From: an uncultured Holosporaceae bacterium | Lineage (GTDB): Bacteria > Pseudomonadota > Alphaproteobacteria > UBA3830 > CASESI01 | NCBI GenBank assembly: GCA_949290705.1 | Contig: CASESI010000013.1 | Span: 76,755-140,754, forward strand | Reading direction: 5' to 3' | DNA: 64,000 bases | Part shown: one piece after another, positions 9,691 to 18,874 of the stretch | Layout of the letters: the number at the start of each line of letters is the position of its first letter | How positions within the stretch are numbered: the first letter of the stretch is position 1 | Notes under the pieces: generated by a model | What the model saw: the letters and a program-made list of their open reading frames with translations, nothing else | What the model was told of the DNA's origin: nothing | Database searches by the model: none | Made by a program: the position numbers and the translations under genes

Positions 9691-10539
9691 ATGATTTTCT
9701 ATTATTCTTTTAAGAATTGTAACAATGACATTTTCTATGATGCTCTTTCAAAAAAATTTCAAATAGCAAAATTAGAAATTCATGAGGTAAATTTTGTTAA
9801 CGGAGAAGTATATCTCAATTCACCTAATAACATTTTACCATCTGATTACGTAATTTTAAATTTTGATAATGATCTCTACGGATCAGAATATATTATACGT
9901 TGTGCGCTAATCACAAGTCTTTTATCACATTTAACAGAAAATATAATTATATACATGCCATATATTCCATACGAACTTCAATCTGAATATAAAAAAAATT
10001 CTTCTGTTGGGTTTGACATTTTTAAATCTTTGTTTGATAAAAATTATATAAAAAAAATCGTTACGATAGACTCTCACATTTCATCTATTAGTTCTAAATT
10101 TGCAAACACAAATGTCGCAAATATAAGCCTCATGGAGTATCTTATAACAAAAAATATCAAAATATTTAAAAATAGTATAATTGTATTACCTGATAAAGGT
10201 GCTAGAAATCGATACGAACATCTTCTTCAAAAATTCTCTCTTAGATATATAGTATTAGAAAAATCGAGAGATTTTGGTGGAAATGTTAAAATAAAAAATA
10301 ACATTGATACAAATTTTGCAACTAAAAATAAATTTATATTTCTTGATGATATGATGCTCAGTGGAAAAACTTTGATTGAAGTAATGAAAATAATCCCAAA
10401 TATAAATTACTGTATGATAATAAAAAATTTTAATAAGAATTTTAACCAACAATTTCCAAATATTACATTAATACAACCTTCCACAGAAAATATTATGGAA
10501 AAAGTTTTAAGCAATATTTGTGAGACCATTATTATTTAG
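9691..10539 (+). CDS. Ribose-phosphate pyrophosphokinase-like protein (divergent Prs)
   Basis: Prs-like layout: FVNGEVYLN, IIIYMPYIPYELQS, IVTIDSHISS, LPDKGARNRY, and a PRTase-type loop FIFLDDMMLSGKTL. Several normally invariant Prs residues appear to be replaced. Confidence 0.55.
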   Translation: MIFYYSFKNCNNDIFYDALSKKFQIAKLEIHEVNFVNGEVYLNSPNNILPSDYVILNFDNDLYGSEYIIRCALITSLLSHLTENIIIYMPYIPYELQSEYKKNSSVGFDIFKSLFDKNYIKKIVTIDSHISSISSKFANTNVANISLMEYLITKNIKIFKNSIIVLPDKGARNRYEHLLQKFSLRYIVLEKSRDFGGNVKIKNNIDTNFATKNKFIFLDDMMLSGKTLIEVMKIIPNINYCMIIKNFNKNFNQQFPNITLIQPSTENIMEKVLSNICETIII

Positions 10540-10551
10540 GAAGATAAACTT

Positions 10552-11064
10552 ATGTATTATTTTACGCATTACGATTCTCCAATTGGAAAGCTTACAATAG
10601 CAAGTACTACAAAAAATATAATTGGATTATGGATTGAAAATCAAAAATATTTCCCCAATATTACAGATGATATTTACGTAAATAACGAGAACATTTCAAT
10701 ATTAAAGAAATGTAAAAGATGGCTCGATAATTATTTTAATGAAACGCCACAAGATATATCTGAATTAGAATTATCACCAGCAGGAACTCTATCTCAACAA
10801 AAAGTATGGAATATACTCATAAAAATACCATACGGAGAAACTATGACCTATGGTAATATAGCGAAAATTATATCATCGAACACTGGAAAAATGTGCAGTC
10901 GAGCAGTGGGACATGCCGTTGGACTGAATCCTATATCGATAATTATTCCATGTCACAGGGTTCTTGGATATAACAACAGAATTACAGGATACGCAGGAGG
11001 AATTGACAAGAAAATTCAACTCTTAAAACACGAAGGAATCGACATAAACAAACTGAAAATTTAA
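10552..11064 (+). CDS. ogt: Methylated-DNA--protein-cysteine methyltransferase
   Basis: The active-site motif IIIPCHRVLG (PCHRV) and the preceding YGNIAKII...RAVGHAVGLNP are typical of Ogt/Ada C-domains. Confidence 0.9.
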   Translation: MYYFTHYDSPIGKLTIASTTKNIIGLWIENQKYFPNITDDIYVNNENISILKKCKRWLDNYFNETPQDISELELSPAGTLSQQKVWNILIKIPYGETMTYGNIAKIISSNTGKMCSRAVGHAVGLNPISIIIPCHRVLGYNNRITGYAGGIDKKIQLLKHEGIDINKLKI

Positions 11065-11082
11065 CCGAACTACACCAAAACT

Positions 11083-11175
11083 GGCGGAGAGGGAGGGATT
11101 CGAACCCTCGATACGGATATACGTCCGTATAACGGTTTAGCAAACCGGCGCCTTCAGCCTCTCGGCCACCTCTCC
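11083..11175 (-). tRNA. tRNA-Ser (anticodon GCU)
   Basis: Reverse complement: GGAGAGGTGGCCGAGAGGCTGAAGGCGCCGGTTTGCTAAACCGTTATACGGACGTATATCCGTATCGAGGGTTCGAATCCCTCCCTCTCCGCCA. It has a 7-bp acceptor stem, anticodon loop TTGCTAA, a long variable arm, T-loop GGTTCGAATCC and an encoded CCA. Confidence 0.9.
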
Positions 11176-11286
11176 AATTCTCAGTGGATTCTATCATAAA
11201 CGACCAATGATTAAAAGAGAAAAATAAAAATTTGTTTTCAAAGTAAATTAATCCAATTGTAACTTTTTTTTGTTATCATGCGTTAT

Positions 11287-11883
11287 ATGAAACGGAGTTT
11301 GTTCTTTTTACTAGCATTATCTGTCACATGTGCAGCACAAATAAAAACGAGCAATCTTGATGATATTTTTAAAGAAATAGAAATAATAGAAAAGCTTCCC
11401 AAAGATATGCTTAAAGCTATCAGTATTAAGGAAACAGGAAAACCTTGGCCATGGACTGTATGCGTGAATGGCAAAGGTTATTATTTTCAAAATGAAAAGG
11501 AAGCAATAGCATTTGTGAAAAATGCACTTAAAGATACTGATAATGTTGACATAGGATGTATGCAAATTAACTTCCGACATCACGGTAAAAATTTTCGCAA
11601 CTTAACAGAAATGTTTAATCCTGAAAATAATATTAGATATGCAGCAAAATTATTAAAAAAATTAAAGCTAATTTCTATCTCATGGCAGGATGCAATTGAA
11701 AAATATCACTCTTTCAATAAAGAGTTTAATCAAACATATAGAACAAAGGTATTTAATATTTGGTCAACTATACGTGCAAACAAATTAAAAACCATCACTA
11801 AACGCCAAAAACCCATACGTACGAATAAAAAATTCTTGCAAAATCATTATATTGATGTATTTTATAGAAAGATTAGTACTTGA
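11287..11883 (+). CDS. Lytic transglycosylase (SLT-domain) with signal peptide
   Basis: Signal peptide MKRSLFFLLALSVTCAAQ. SLT-like blocks: LKAISIKETG...WPWTVCVNGKGYYF...DIGCMQINFRHHG...ENNIRYAAKLL. An alternative ATG is at 11278. Confidence 0.7.
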   Translation: MKRSLFFLLALSVTCAAQIKTSNLDDIFKEIEIIEKLPKDMLKAISIKETGKPWPWTVCVNGKGYYFQNEKEAIAFVKNALKDTDNVDIGCMQINFRHHGKNFRNLTEMFNPENNIRYAAKLLKKLKLISISWQDAIEKYHSFNKEFNQTYRTKVFNIWSTIRANKLKTITKRQKPIRTNKKFLQNHYIDVFYRKIST

Positions 11884-11891
11884 TATTTTGT

Positions 11892-12383
11892 ATGTCTCCA
11901 TACTATGATTATGATTCTTATGTTCAAGAAGCATTGCTAGGTGTCGTGAAGAAAATCCTAAAAAAAGTTCAAAATGAAGGAATTCTTGGTAACCATCATT
12001 TCTATATTACTTTCAAAACGAATCACAAAAATGTTATAATTCCAAAATTTCTAAAAGAAAAGTATCCAGATGAAATTACGATTGTTTTGCAGTATCAGTT
12101 TTGGAATTTGAATATCTTTGATGATCATTTTGAGGTATGTCTCAGTTTTAATGGAAATGAGGAGTTTTTATCAATACCTTTTGATGCTATTTCAGGTTTC
12201 GTTGATCCATATGTGAAATTTTGTTTACAATTTTCTGTCGATGATTCTTTATTAGATGAAGATAACAATATTGATACTTCTGAATCGGATAAAAATCAAA
12301 TCAGCGAATCATCAAACAAAAATGAAAAGGAAAATGTCGTTGTAAGCCTTGATGAGTTTAGAAAGAAGAAAAAAGACCATTAA
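11892..12383 (+). CDS. sspB: SspB-like ClpXP adaptor (alphaproteobacterial type)
   Basis: YDSYVQEALLGVVKKILKKVQNEG...HHFYITFKTNH..VIIPKFLKEKYPDEITIVLQYQFWNL...FEVCLSFNG matches the stringent starvation protein B fold pattern. Acidic tail ending in a basic C-terminus. The ORF track starts at TTG 11880; the first ATG is at 11892. Confidence 0.7.
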   Translation: MSPYYDYDSYVQEALLGVVKKILKKVQNEGILGNHHFYITFKTNHKNVIIPKFLKEKYPDEITIVLQYQFWNLNIFDDHFEVCLSFNGNEEFLSIPFDAISGFVDPYVKFCLQFSVDDSLLDEDNNIDTSESDKNQISESSNKNEKENVVVSLDEFRKKKKDH

Positions 12384-12847
12384 TTGAATTTTAAGAAATC
12401 TAACGCATTCTGTAAAATGTGTGCGGCTGCGAGTTTATCTATTACTTTTTTTCTTTTGTTACGGGAAAGATCAAATTCTATCAATATATTTTCGGCTAAC
12501 TTTGAGGAAAATCTTTCATCATAAAATGCAATAGGTAGATTGAATTTTTTATGTATTTCAATGCCAAATTTATATACCTTCTCTGCTATGATACCAATCG
12601 CTCCATCAAGGTTTTTGGGCAATCCTATAACAAATCCAGATGGATTATATTCCTTTACAATTTTATCTATTTTTGCAAACAATTCCTTATTATTATCAAG
12701 CACAACCAATGATGAAGCCATATCTTGCCCAGCATCTGATACAGCAATCCCTATACGCTTTTCTCCGAAATCAAATCCTAAAAGTCTACCTTTTAATTCT
12801 TTGAAATTTTTTATATCATATGTATTGAATTTTAAAGTGTCTTCCAT
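12380..12847 (-). CDS. ruvX: Holliday junction resolvase-like RNase RuvX (YqgF)
   Basis: The conserved part is LLGFDFGEKRIGIAVSD...GFVIGLPKNLDG...AFYDERFSS...KRKKVIDKLAAAHILQNALD. The first plausible start is ATG (MEDTLKF) at 12845-12847. The longer track ORF to 13318 is antisense to mfd and was discarded. Confidence 0.85.
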   Translation of the reverse strand: MEDTLKFNTYDIKNFKELKGRLLGFDFGEKRIGIAVSDAGQDMASSLVVLDNNKELFAKIDKIVKEYNPSGFVIGLPKNLDGAIGIIAEKVYKFGIEIHKKFNLPIAFYDERFSSKLAENILIEFDLSRNKRKKVIDKLAAAHILQNALDFLKFN

Positions 12848-15800
12848 GAAAAATATTACTCTGCAAAATGTCCCAAGTTGCGCTTCCGAATATGTACTCT
12901 CCCAATATATAAGAAAACTTGATAAAAATATATTTTTATTTTTAACAGATGAATCAAAAATTACAGATGCGTACGAATTAATAAAATTTTTCGCATCAAA
13001 TTGCGAAGTATATAAATTTCCTGATACTTTATCATATGATTCTGCAACCCAAGATAGAGCCACGACAATAAATGCACTCATCAACAATAATACTAAAAAT
13101 AAAAAAGTAATTATTGCATCTGTGAAAACTATTTCTGAAAAAATAGAAAATACAAAATTTATCTTGGATAACAAAATTGAGCTTAAAATTGATTCAACTA
13201 TAAACCTAGAACATTTTATCAAGCAACTCCAATTTATAGGGTATGAAAGAGTCACATTTGTAATAGAATCCGGACAATTCGCATCACGTGGAGACATAAT
13301 CGATATATTCACAGACAAACCTTACAGGATAGAATTCTTTGATGACACAATAGAAAACATAAGAGAGTTTAATATTTCATCTCAAAAAAGTATAAAAAAG
13401 GTACAAACAATCGAAATATACCCCATTAACTCACATGGCGACAAGACTGAAACTATAATATCATTATTAAATATTGATAACTCAATCGTTATATATAATC
13501 ACATAAAAATTATCCCCGAAAACGACGCTTTACAAAATTTATTAGAACAAATTTCCAAATTCAACTATATTAATTTTTCCAATTTTTCAGATAATTCTTC
13601 CGAAGAATTTAAATTTGAATGCAACGATAATCTTAGCATTAATTACTCAATACAAAAAGCTATTGATTTAATTGAAAGATCCAATAAAAACATATTAATA
13701 GCTGCGTATTCAGATTCAGCTATACAAAATTTAAAAAAAATATTAATAGAAAATACGAACAGAAAAAACAATAACATTAACATTGCAAAACTTCCAATTG
13801 AAAAAAGTTTCGAGACAAAAAATAATTTATTTATATCGGAAAAAGATATATTTAAATCACAATTATCAAACAAAAAATATAATGCTAAAAACTTTTTAAC
13901 TGACTTAAACGCCTTAACTGAAGGAGACTACGTAGTCCATATAAATCACGGTATTGGAGAATTTAAAAAACTCGAAACAATTGAAATCAATAAACTAAAA
14001 CATGAATTCATGCTAATTGTTTATGCTGAAGGAGATAAATTATACCTACCCGTTGAAAATATTAATCTTATATCTAGATATGGATCATTCGATGTAAGTG
14101 TTAAATTAGATTCTCTTGGATCGAATTCCTGGAAAAATAGACGTGATAAAATCTCCAAAAAAATATCCGACATCTCTAAAAAACTTATAGAAACAGCGGC
14201 ATTGAGAGAATTATCATCTCCATTCCAAGTTGAATTAACAGATGAATATACAAAATTCTGCAATCAATTTCCTTTTGTCGAAACTGATGACCAAAACGCA
14301 GCAATCAAAGACATTGAAAAAGATTTAACTTCATCCAAAATCATGGACAGATTAATTTGTGGTGATGTCGGATTCGGGAAAACAGAAGTTGCAATCCGTG
14401 CTGCATTTTTAACAGCTCAAGCAAAAAAACAGGTTGTAATTCTTGCTCCTACAACTATCCTTGCAAAACAACATTATGAAAGTTTCACAAAAAGATTCGA
14501 TGGCACAGGAATAAAGATATGCCAACTATCCAGATTTTCTAAATCATCTCAATTAAAGAAAGATATAGAATTTGGAAATTTTGATATCATAATCGGCACT
14601 AAAAGCGTTCTTTACCAAGAGTTTAAAAACCTTGGAATGCTGATCGTTGATGAAGAACAGCATTTTGGAGTAAAGGATAAGGAACATATAAAAAATTTAA
14701 AAAAATCTATTCATGTTCTAACACTATCCGCAACCCCTATTCCAAGAACTTTGCAATTATCACTAACCGGAATACGCGATTTAAGCATAATCTCTACCCC
14801 TCCTTTTGGAAAAATTCCTACAAAAACATTATTAACGGATGATAGGAACAATATAATTATAGAGGCTATCAACACCGAATTATCACGGAATGGTCAAGTA
14901 TTCGCTGTTTGCCCTCACATCACTGATTTAAATGAAGTGGCAACCTTCATAGCAGAAAAAGTCCCTGACGCTAAAATCATCATCGCGCATTCAAAATTAT
15001 CAACAAAAGACCTTGAAAATGCTATCGATAGCTTTATTAATAAAAGCTATAATGTCCTGATCGCAACAAATATAATTGAATCAGGACTAGATATTTCATC
15101 AGCGAATACATTAATCGTATTCAATGCACACATGTTCGGCCTGGCTAATTTATATCAGCTACGAGGAAGGGTCGGAAGATCTAATATACAAAGTTATGCA
15201 TACTTTGCCGTCCCTAAAAATAAACAACTTACCCGTCAGGCCGAAAAAAGACTTAACATATTAAAAAACATGGATAAGCTTGGATCTGGTTTCACAATCG
15301 CAACATACGATATGGATATAAGGGGAGCAGGCAACCTACTTGGTGAGGAACAATCAGGAGACCTCAAAGAAATAGGTGCAGAGCTCTATCAAAAAATGCT
15401 TAAAGAAGCTATAAACCAAATCAAAAATGACTCAAAAGTCTTTGAACAAACGGAGGATATAAAAGTCCACCTAAACCGTAATGTTCTCATTCCTGCAAGT
15501 TATATCGAAGATAACGATACAAGAATCGCGATGTACAGAAGAATCTCTGAAGCATCAAAGGAAGAAGAATTCGCATCAATTTATCAAGAAATGAAAGATA
15601 GATTTGGTAAAATCCCTGAAGAAGTGAAAAATCTATTTCTGTCCATCCGAATACAAATTCTTGCACGAGGACTTGGAATAAACAAGATAAGCGAAACCCA
15701 AAAAGGCTTCATCATCGAGTTTACAAAATTCACACAAATCACGGAATTATTAACTCTAATCCAAAAACATAGTTATGCGGAATTCATCCCATCTAATAAA

Positions 15801-15866
15801 ATAAAAATCTCCGGCAACATTAACAACCTGGAAGCATTTTTAAAAAAGTTACATAATATAACTTAG
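12846..15866 (+). CDS. mfd: Transcription-repair coupling factor Mfd
   Basis: Helicase motifs: LICGDVGFGKTEVA, LIVDEEQHFG, LTLSATPIPRTL, and QLRGRVGRS. Also a CarD-like segment (GDYVVHINHGIGEF) and a TRG region. Start taken at MKNITLQ (ATG 12846); the upstream part of the track ORF is antisense to ruvX. Confidence 0.95.
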   Translation: MKNITLQNVPSCASEYVLSQYIRKLDKNIFLFLTDESKITDAYELIKFFASNCEVYKFPDTLSYDSATQDRATTINALINNNTKNKKVIIASVKTISEKIENTKFILDNKIELKIDSTINLEHFIKQLQFIGYERVTFVIESGQFASRGDIIDIFTDKPYRIEFFDDTIENIREFNISSQKSIKKVQTIEIYPINSHGDKTETIISLLNIDNSIVIYNHIKIIPENDALQNLLEQISKFNYINFSNFSDNSSEEFKFECNDNLSINYSIQKAIDLIERSNKNILIAAYSDSAIQNLKKILIENTNRKNNNINIAKLPIEKSFETKNNLFISEKDIFKSQLSNKKYNAKNFLTDLNALTEGDYVVHINHGIGEFKKLETIEINKLKHEFMLIVYAEGDKLYLPVENINLISRYGSFDVSVKLDSLGSNSWKNRRDKISKKISDISKKLIETAALRELSSPFQVELTDEYTKFCNQFPFVETDDQNAAIKDIEKDLTSSKIMDRLICGDVGFGKTEVAIRAAFLTAQAKKQVVILAPTTILAKQHYESFTKRFDGTGIKICQLSRFSKSSQLKKDIEFGNFDIIIGTKSVLYQEFKNLGMLIVDEEQHFGVKDKEHIKNLKKSIHVLTLSATPIPRTLQLSLTGIRDLSIISTPPFGKIPTKTLLTDDRNNIIIEAINTELSRNGQVFAVCPHITDLNEVATFIAEKVPDAKIIIAHSKLSTKDLENAIDSFINKSYNVLIATNIIESGLDISSANTLIVFNAHMFGLANLYQLRGRVGRSNIQSYAYFAVPKNKQLTRQAEKRLNILKNMDKLGSGFTIATYDMDIRGAGNLLGEEQSGDLKEIGAELYQKMLKEAINQIKNDSKVFEQTEDIKVHLNRNVLIPASYIEDNDTRIAMYRRISEASKEEEFASIYQEMKDRFGKIPEEVKNLFLSIRIQILARGLGINKISETQKGFIIEFTKFTQITELLTLIQKHSYAEFIPSNKIKISGNINNLEAFLKKLHNIT

Positions 15867-15876
15867 CGGATACCTA

Positions 15877-16188
15877 TCATTCAAGCATAGATGCATTTTC
15901 CATTTCAAATCCGCCATTCATCTCATTTATCACTCGTCGTTTACTTTTCTTTAATAAACGTTTATTCAGCGCAGTCCTATCATTCATTGCCTTTGCATCT
16001 ATGTTAACTTTTCCATCTGCAGAAACGGAAAGTGGCGAACTAACATCTATCGCCGTACGACGAGAATCTTTAACAGTATTATAAACTTCATTTGCGACCT
16101 TATTATTCATCGGTACCTTAGCGCCTAGGTCGACAGCCAGCAATGAACACGTTAACGAAAAAATAAAACTCAAACGCATATAATCCAA
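15877..16188 (-). CDS. Small hypothetical secreted protein
   Basis: 103 aa ORF with an N-terminal hydrophobic signal-like segment (LSFIFSLTCSLLAVDLGA). No recognisable family. Fills an otherwise empty gap. Confidence 0.35.
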   Translation of the reverse strand: MDYMRLSFIFSLTCSLLAVDLGAKVPMNNKVANEVYNTVKDSRRTAIDVSSPLSVSADGKVNIDAKAMNDRTALNKRLLKKSKRRVINEMNGGFEMENASMLE

Positions 16189-16257
16189 CCTCTATCAAAT
16201 ACAGTCAAATTATACACAAAAAAAATTAAAAAATGATTAATAAAAAAATAATTTCCT

Positions 16258-16611
16258 TTATAAAGCAGACTTAGCCTTTGCAACCAATTCCTCAAAAACA
16301 GAAGAACTCTTCACAGCCAAATCAGCCAAAATCTTTCTATCAATAGAAATTCCAAGCTTTTTCAAAGCATTGATGAACTCAGAATATTTCAAACCATACT
16401 GACGTACAGCAGCATTTATCCTTTGAATCCACAAAGAACGAAAATCTCTCTTACGAGCCTTCCTATCCCTATAAGCATATTGCAAAGCCTTTTCAACCTT
16501 TTCAATAGCAACACAGAAACAGTTCTTTGACCTTCCTCTATATCCTTTTGCAAGCTTTATAATTTTTTTATGCTTTGCATGAGATGTCACACCTCTTTTA
16601 ACTCTAGCCAT
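16258..16611 (-). CDS. rplT: 50S ribosomal protein L20
   Basis: [30 protein letters not shown]...[24 protein letters not shown] is a canonical L20 sequence. Confidence 0.97.
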   Translation of the reverse strand: MARVKRGVTSHAKHKKIIKLAKGYRGRSKNCFCVAIEKVEKALQYAYRDRKARKRDFRSLWIQRINAAVRQYGLKYSEFINALKKLGISIDRKILADLAVKSSSVFEELVAKAKSAL

Positions 16612-16631
16612 AATATCCTCCAGAAATACAA

Positions 16632-16832
16632 TTAAAACTTGTAAGGAATCAAATACGATACAAGCCTCTTATCACCTTCACACAACACAAACATACCACG
16701 CGACTGCCTCCTTGCGGTCACACTCCTCTTCCTCAAGTTATGCCGCTTGAAAGCATACCCAACCTTAATTTCACCAGACGAAGTAACCTTAAAACGCTTC
16801 TTCGCACTACTCTTCGTTTTTATCTTAGGCAT
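16632..16832 (-). CDS. rpmI: 50S ribosomal protein L35
   Basis: [23 protein letters not shown]...HNLRKRS is a canonical L35 sequence. Lies upstream of rplT. Confidence 0.95.
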   Translation of the reverse strand: MPKIKTKSSAKKRFKVTSSGEIKVGYAFKRHNLRKRSVTARRQSRGMFVLCEGDKRLVSYLIPYKF

Positions 16833-16861
16833 TCTTAAATCTATTACTTAAAGATGTTTTT

Positions 16862-16890
16862 ATTGTATCACATAATTTTCAAAAAGTCAA
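16862..16890 (-). promoter_or_regulatory. Sigma70-type promoter for rpmI-rplT
   Basis: On the minus strand: TTGACT (16885-16890), a 17-nt spacer, then TACAAT (16862-16867). Lies about 30 nt upstream of the rpmI start. Confidence 0.6.
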
Positions 16891-16965
16891 GCATTATTTT
16901 ACAAATTTTGTATTTAAATACTACATTTAAATTTTTTTTTACCTTTTAAGATTAGTATCTGTTGC

Positions 16966-17994
16966 ATGACATTTGATCACTTTATAGAGGTAATTTTAAA
17001 AGACCTTGCGATCAGGAGTTTATTGATCGGAATAGTATTTTTCATATCGTACTGCATATTGGATAAAATATTTATTTCATCAAAAAAACTTATCTCAAAT
17101 CATAAAAATACAAATCCAAACGTTCGCATATTAAAAATTATGGGGCCTTATCGAAAAACCAGTAAAAAACCTAAAAACAAAGTTGATATATCAAAATACG
17201 CATTTAAAACATCTTTTTTTTCTAAAATTATTATTTTAATTAAGCATTCCAGACTTTGGAGAAAAATATCGATTCATGGTATAAGATTATTCGTTATAAA
17301 TTATATTTTACCATTAATATTGTCATTATTTGTGTTTCTTCTTGTTCAACATCATGTTACAATTTTACCGAAAAATATATTGTTCATAGTAATTCTTATA
17401 TTAATGCTTTTTTCTGTTAATTCTTTTACACAAAAATTATATGAAATAAAAAAAAATAAATTCGTACAAAACTTTCCGAATACGATTGATTCTTTCAAAA
17501 GATCTATGAAAGCAGGATTTACTATCTCAAAATCAATTGAAATTGCAGGAAAAGATTCTGGGTTTAAACCTATCTCTAAACTATTTAAGGAAATGCACGA
17601 AAAAATAGAACTTGGAATGTCAGTTCAAAATGCGGTAAAACTTGTATCTGCCAAATCTGATATAGATGAATTTAAATTCTTTGCTGTTACATTATCACTC
17701 TATTCAAGTAATGGAGGTAACATAATAGAAATTTTAAATAATTTTTCGAATCTGATCAGAAAAAGAAGTCAACTTGCAATGAAAATTAAAGCTGTATCAT
17801 CAGAAGCAAGAATGACAGGATACATACTGCTATCTCTTCCTTTTATCATAGCATCCATAATATATTTCATTAATCCAGAACATTTAATGGTATTGGTAAA
17901 TTCAGATAATGGCAAAACTTTACTTTTAATCACATCAATAATGTTTATAACAGGTGCAATATTAATGTTTAAAATTACTCATATAAGGGTGTAG
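16966..17994 (+). CDS. tadB: Tad pilus inner-membrane platform protein TadB
   Basis: T2SSF-type domain: FPNTIDSFKRSMKAGFTISKSIE...ELGMSVQNAV...DEFKFFAVTLSLYSSNGGNIIEILNNFSNLIRKRSQLAMKIKAVSSEARMTGYIL. Confidence 0.75.
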   Translation: MTFDHFIEVILKDLAIRSLLIGIVFFISYCILDKIFISSKKLISNHKNTNPNVRILKIMGPYRKTSKKPKNKVDISKYAFKTSFFSKIIILIKHSRLWRKISIHGIRLFVINYILPLILSLFVFLLVQHHVTILPKNILFIVILILMLFSVNSFTQKLYEIKKNKFVQNFPNTIDSFKRSMKAGFTISKSIEIAGKDSGFKPISKLFKEMHEKIELGMSVQNAVKLVSAKSDIDEFKFFAVTLSLYSSNGGNIIEILNNFSNLIRKRSQLAMKIKAVSSEARMTGYILLSLPFIIASIIYFINPEHLMVLVNSDNGKTLLLITSIMFITGAILMFKITHIRV

Positions 17995-17995
17995 C

Positions 17996-18874
17996 ATGGG
18001 AACATATTTTCACGTTATTTTATCATGTATATTATTTGTTGTAGTGTATAAAATTTTATCGTCAAAAAATTCACCTACATCTAGAATTGAAAAATTCATT
18101 CCAACAATTAGAACTTCATCAAAGAGTTCAAAACTTGTAACTAATATGAATTTTAAAATTAATAGGAATAAGAACAAATCTATTTTTAACACATATGTCA
18201 CCAACCAACAAACACTACTCTTAAGCGCTGGATTTGACGATAATAACAACTTTAAAATCCTTTTATGTTTGAAGTTATTAATTACAACATTTATTATATT
18301 TATATTAAAAATTTCGTATCAACAATATATCACGTTAAATATCTTGTTGAGTATAATGATTTTAATCGAACTCTGTTCAACAAGATATATAAAATATTTA
18401 GCAAAACAACGACTAGTTGAAATCGGATTAGAATTACCAAATGTGCTGGATTTTTTCGCAATTCTTATAAATAGTGGATACACTATTCCTAAAATGTTCA
18501 AAGAAGCCGCAAATGAACTATCTTTTTCAAGTCCCATTATGTCTTTGGAACTCGCCAAAACAGCATTAGAATTCGATTTATCACCTGATGTTGAAGCTAT
18601 ATTGAACCATTTTGCAGAAAGACTTCCACTTAACGATATTCAAACTCTTTCGTCAATTTTAATACAAACATATAAATTTGGTGGAGGAGTAAAAGAATCA
18701 ATTTCAACACTATCTTCAGACCTTCAAAATAGAAGATTATTATCAATAGAGGACAAAGCAGGAAAAATTCCAAACATATTGATAATGCCTCTAATATTTT
18801 TTATACTACCTTGTTTATTGATTGTGATCCTTGCACCGTTGATCGTTAATTTACTTGGAAATATTCTTGGCTAG
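17996..18874 (+). CDS. tadC: Tad pilus inner-membrane platform protein TadC
   Basis: Second T2SSF-type protein: ELPNVLDFFAILINSGYTIP...IQTYKFGGGVKESISTLSSDLQNRRLLSIEDKAGKIPNILIMPLI. Lies directly after tadB. Confidence 0.7.
   Translation: MGTYFHVILSCILFVVVYKILSSKNSPTSRIEKFIPTIRTSSKSSKLVTNMNFKINRNKNKSIFNTYVTNQQTLLLSAGFDDNNNFKILLCLKLLITTFIIFILKISYQQYITLNILLSIMILIELCSTRYIKYLAKQRLVEIGLELPNVLDFFAILINSGYTIPKMFKEAANELSFSSPIMSLELAKTALEFDLSPDVEAILNHFAERLPLNDIQTLSSILIQTYKFGGGVKESISTLSSDLQNRRLLSIEDKAGKIPNILIMPLIFFILPCLLIVILAPLIVNLLGNILG

Noticed and set aside
10982-11197. Track ORFs overlapping tRNA genes: 10982-11197 minus, 48548-48730 plus and 48735-48938 minus.
   Set aside because: They are explained by tRNA-Ser and tRNA-Val sequences and flanking AT-rich DNA, and are not credible proteins.
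12540-12845. The ORF track extends Mfd 102 codons upstream (start at 12540).
   Set aside because: That segment is antisense to the conserved RuvX core and shows no Mfd-like sequence. The Mfd-like N-terminus begins at MKNITLQ (12846).
12848-13318. The ORF track extends RuvX to 312 aa.
   Set aside because: The extra 157 residues are antisense to mfd, hydrophobic and low-complexity, and absent from RuvX proteins. It is an open-frame artefact of AT-rich DNA.
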